64,000 bases of DNA, taken from NCBI GenBank assembly GCA_001871115.1, contig MNUR01000085.1, positions 22,060-86,059 on the forward strand. The letters run 5' to 3'. The translations under genes and the position numbers were made by a program. The stretch's first letter is position 1. Every line of letters starts with the position of its first letter. This stretch comes from Elusimicrobia bacterium CG1_02_56_21. Its GTDB lineage: Bacteria; Elusimicrobiota; Elusimicrobia; Elusimicrobiales; UBA9959. A model generated the notes under the pieces. It did not search any database. It saw only the letters and a program-made list of their open reading frames with translations, and was not told where the DNA came from. Positions 61,470 through 64,000 of this stretch are shown in pieces.

Positions 61470-62201
61470 TCAGGTCCTCCTTGCCTCGTCTATAAGTTTG
61501 GCCGGGTAGCCTATGGGCAGAACTTTTATAACCCCGGTATTTTTCTGGGCATGGGCCGCCATCAGACCGGACTTGGCAAAGCCCAGGGTAAGCGTCAGCC
61601 TGGCTATTATAAAAACCCCGCTGTGGTGCCCCGTGTCGGCGCTCAGCCCGGACGGCAGGTCCACGGCGACTATAGGCCGGCCGCTCTTATTCATAAGCTG
61701 TATGACCCGGTGGACCGGGCCGGCAGGCTTGCCTACCGCGCTTATTCCCAGCAGGGCGTCGACCAGCAGATCGGCGCCGGAGAAAGCGGCGGAAAGGGCG
61801 TCCAGGCCTTCTTTTGCTGTCATCTCCACGGGAACCCCGGCGGCTTTGGCGGCCGCCAGGTTCTTTACCACAAGCTCTCCATAGCCCGTTTCTTTGGGCG
61901 GAAGGATGAAAACTTTAACCTCTGCCCCGGCTTGTTTTAAATAACGGGCGGCAGTCAGGCCGTCCCCTCCGTTATTTCCCTTTCCGCAGCAGACCACGGC
62001 TTTTAATCCGGCGGGCCGCTTGCCCAGCCCTGCTGCCGCGAATTCCACGACGGCCTGCGCCACGGCGCGGCCCGCGTTCTCCATAAGGACATCAGAAGCA
62101 ACGCCGTACTCCATCGAAGCCTTCTTGTCCAGGTACTTCATCTTTTCGGCGGTGACAACGGGGAAGCCGTCGAACTCTTTAACTTGCGGTATTTTAGACA
62201 T
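61470..62201 (-). CDS. NAD(P)H-hydrate epimerase (YjeF N-terminal domain)
   Basis: VVCCGKGNNGGDGLTAARYL and DALLGIS motifs. Confidence 0.85.
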   Translation of the reverse strand: MSKIPQVKEFDGFPVVTAEKMKYLDKKASMEYGVASDVLMENAGRAVAQAVVEFAAAGLGKRPAGLKAVVCCGKGNNGGDGLTAARYLKQAGAEVKVFILPPKETGYGELVVKNLAAAKAAGVPVEMTAKEGLDALSAAFSGADLLVDALLGISAVGKPAGPVHRVIQLMNKSGRPIVAVDLPSGLSADTGHHSGVFIIARLTLTLGFAKSGLMAAHAQKNTGVIKVLPIGYPAKLIDEARRT

Positions 62202-62219
62202 ATAACTTTCGCCCCCGGT

Positions 62220-62765
62220 TCAGATCACCAGCCAGATCAGCCAGGCCAGGGAATAAACGCAAACGGCGAAGAATACCACGGAAAACCCGGCATAAGGGAG
62301 CCAGACGGAAAGCAGAGCCTTGTTTACCGAGACCGGGTAAAGCCTGCGTACCAGGCGGACCCTGGCATAAATAATAAGCAGCAAGCACAGACAGAACCAG
62401 AGGAAACCGTTAAGTATGTGCAGCTTCGCGAAAAAAGCCAGCGGGACAAGAAGCGCCAGGAAATAATCCGAGCAGCCGAAGGCCAGGAAGAGCCTGGAAG
62501 CGCTGCCTTTAACCCCGGTCAGGTCCATGAACAGGTGTATCGCGGAAGCAAAGAAAAAATTAGCCGCCAGCACCAGCAGGAGCACCATGGAAAAAGACAT
62601 CACTCCCGGAGGGACCGCCGAAAAAATACGCAGGAATACGAACAGGCCCAGGGTGCCTGAAAAGTAACCCAGCAGGCCGGTGCGCCCGAGGCCTTCCGGC
62701 CTCTCCGCTCCGGCCAGCAGTTCCGGCTTGTTTATTATTGTTTCCAAAGCTACAAAAGTATTCAT
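62220..62765 (-). CDS. Polytopic membrane protein, possibly Yip1-like
   Basis: 181-aa ORF with about 5 hydrophobic helices. The family call is tentative. Confidence 0.4.
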   Translation of the reverse strand: MNTFVALETIINKPELLAGAERPEGLGRTGLLGYFSGTLGLFVFLRIFSAVPPGVMSFSMVLLLVLAANFFFASAIHLFMDLTGVKGSASRLFLAFGCSDYFLALLVPLAFFAKLHILNGFLWFCLCLLLIIYARVRLVRRLYPVSVNKALLSVWLPYAGFSVVFFAVCVYSLAWLIWLVI

Positions 62766-62807
62766 CTCTCCTCCAGTCCAGACCTACCCCGCAACCTGAC
62801 CCGGCGC

Positions 62808-63875
62808 CTATTTCCCGTACCAGTGGTATTCCAGGCTGGCCGCGGGGCTGACGGAATCAAATACGGATTTTGCGCCGAATAAAGAAAGCTTGCTGTCCAT
62901 CAGGGAAAGAAAGTTCTCGAACGGGTCGGAGTCGGTGAGCACGCGGGGGTTCTTGCCCAGCCCGCCCAGTTCCCCGGCCTTATCAATAGCGTCCTGGAGG
63001 TCTCCCAGGCTATCCACCAGCTTCACTTCCAGGCCCTGCCTGCCGGTATAAATACGGCCGTCGGCCAGGAGCTTCACCTGGTCCGCCGGCATTTTACGCC
63101 CCGCGGAAACGGCCGTGACGAACTGGTCGTAAGAATCGTCTATCATGGCCTGGAGCAGTTTGCGTTCCTCGGGAGTCATCTCGCGCGAGGCGGAACCGAT
63201 ATCCTTGAACTTGCCGGACTTTATGACCTCGCTCCTGAAGCCTACTTTCTTCATCAGCCCCTCAAAATTACCTACGCTGAAGATCACGCCGATAGAGCCG
63301 GTTATGGTTCCGGGCTGGGCTATTATCTGGTCGCAGGCCGCGGCCACATAATAACCGCCGCTGGCGGAAACTTCTCCGAAGCGCGCGATAAAAGGCTTCT
63401 TGGTTTCTGCCTTGGCCTTAAGAATGGCCGAATATATTTCCTGTACCGCGCCCACTGTGCCGCCCGGGGAGTTTATATCCAGGACTATCGCTTTAACTTC
63501 TTTTTTCCCGGCCAGGGCGGTGATCCGCTTGGCTATCTGCTGGCTGCCGCGCTCCCACGAGCGGGAAGAATTGCCCTGGGAAATAGCGCCGTAAATAGGG
63601 ATGACAGCCACAGCGTCTTTCTTTGACTGGCCGATGCCCGTCAGCTTGGAAAGGTCTAGGTCTTTGGGCTTGGACTTGCGGACGGCGTCCGCTCTGTTGA
63701 TAACAGCTAACGCGGCTATAAGAGAGAGCGCGTAAAGACCGGCTATTATCTTCAGCCAGAGGGCCGCTCCCCTGGGCGACGCCGCCGGGGCCGGCTGAAC
63801 GGAGGGCGCCGGCTGCGCCCCGGGCTCAGGCTGTTCTCCGGGATTTACTCCGCCGAAATTATTTTGTTCTTCCAT
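62808..63875 (-). CDS. sppA: Signal peptide peptidase SppA (S49 family, 36K type)
   Basis: LDINSPGGTVGAVQEI, ASGGYYVAAACD, GSIGV. Confidence 0.85.
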   Translation of the reverse strand: MEEQNNFGGVNPGEQPEPGAQPAPSVQPAPAASPRGAALWLKIIAGLYALSLIAALAVINRADAVRKSKPKDLDLSKLTGIGQSKKDAVAVIPIYGAISQGNSSRSWERGSQQIAKRITALAGKKEVKAIVLDINSPGGTVGAVQEIYSAILKAKAETKKPFIARFGEVSASGGYYVAAACDQIIAQPGTITGSIGVIFSVGNFEGLMKKVGFRSEVIKSGKFKDIGSASREMTPEERKLLQAMIDDSYDQFVTAVSAGRKMPADQVKLLADGRIYTGRQGLEVKLVDSLGDLQDAIDKAGELGGLGKNPRVLTDSDPFENFLSLMDSKLSLFGAKSVFDSVSPAASLEYHWYGK

Positions 63876-63904
63876 TTAGTCCTCCGGACTGTAAAACCGC
63901 AAAG

Positions 63905-64000
63905 CTATAAACTGCCGGCGTCCATCACGCGGTTGCGTCCGCTTTCCTTGGCGGCGTAAAGCGCGGCGTCCGCCCTGGCCACAAGCTCTTCCGGGGCGCG
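63905..64000 (-). CDS. C-terminal end of a GGDEF-domain (diguanylate cyclase) protein, truncated by the window edge
   Basis: The minus-strand frame reads RAPEELVARADAALYAAKESGRNRVMDAGSL*, the typical GGDEF C-terminal motif AD.ALY.AK..GRNR. Confidence 0.6.
   Translation of the reverse strand, partial: RAPEELVARADAALYAAKESGRNRVMDAGSL

Overview
GC-rich bacterial chromosomal window. I cannot assign a taxon by eye. It is gene-dense and about 85% of the coding sequence is on the minus strand. No rRNA, CRISPR array, transposase or integrase is visible.

The dominant feature is a run of 25 co-directional minus-strand genes (23095-48432). Together they encode:
- a complete sirohaem-dependent (Ahb) haem pathway: an unusual HemA-HemC fusion, HemL, HemB, a CobA-HemD fusion, a SirC-like protein, AhbA/B, and two NirJ-family radical SAM enzymes
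- System II cytochrome c maturation (CcsB and CcsA, plus a HemX/CcsA-like paralog)
- TatA and TatC
- a NrfC/NrfD-type quinol module with a membrane-anchored tetrahaem cytochrome
- several soluble c-type cytochromes
- a decahaem MtrA-like cytochrome with a roughly 700-aa MtrB/PioB-like outer-membrane barrel
- a Crp/Fnr regulator

I read this cluster as a consolidated extracellular-electron-transfer cassette. It is the best candidate for a new system in the window.

The intergenic regions carry two families of nested palindromic repeats:
- One family has a shared core but different terminal inverted repeats (3950-4062, 57925-58089, 32873-33139).
- The other occurs twice inside the haem operon (36232-36361, 41143-41251). 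Its stem arms differ in sequence between the copies but stay complementary within each copy, which suggests a structured RNA.

The rest of the window contains:
- an ECF sigma/anti-sigma pair
- a degraded ZntB/CorA remnant
- two-component system genes
- an orphan peptide-type substrate-binding protein
- a UvrD-type helicase-nuclease
- MscL with a C-terminal zinc ribbon
- a secreted TldD/PmbA pair
- a rhomboid protease coupled to a zinc-ribbon/scramblase-like membrane protein
- an SDR-DUF2867 protein
- an orphan AAA+ ATPase
- tRNA-Arg(CCG)
- AlaRS
- a Pho-type cluster (PhoB, PhoR, porin, PhoU-like protein, PiT)
- TilS
- an NAD(P)HX epimerase
- SppA
- a partial GGDEF gene

All functional calls come from motif recognition by eye in the supplied translations. 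No database search was run.
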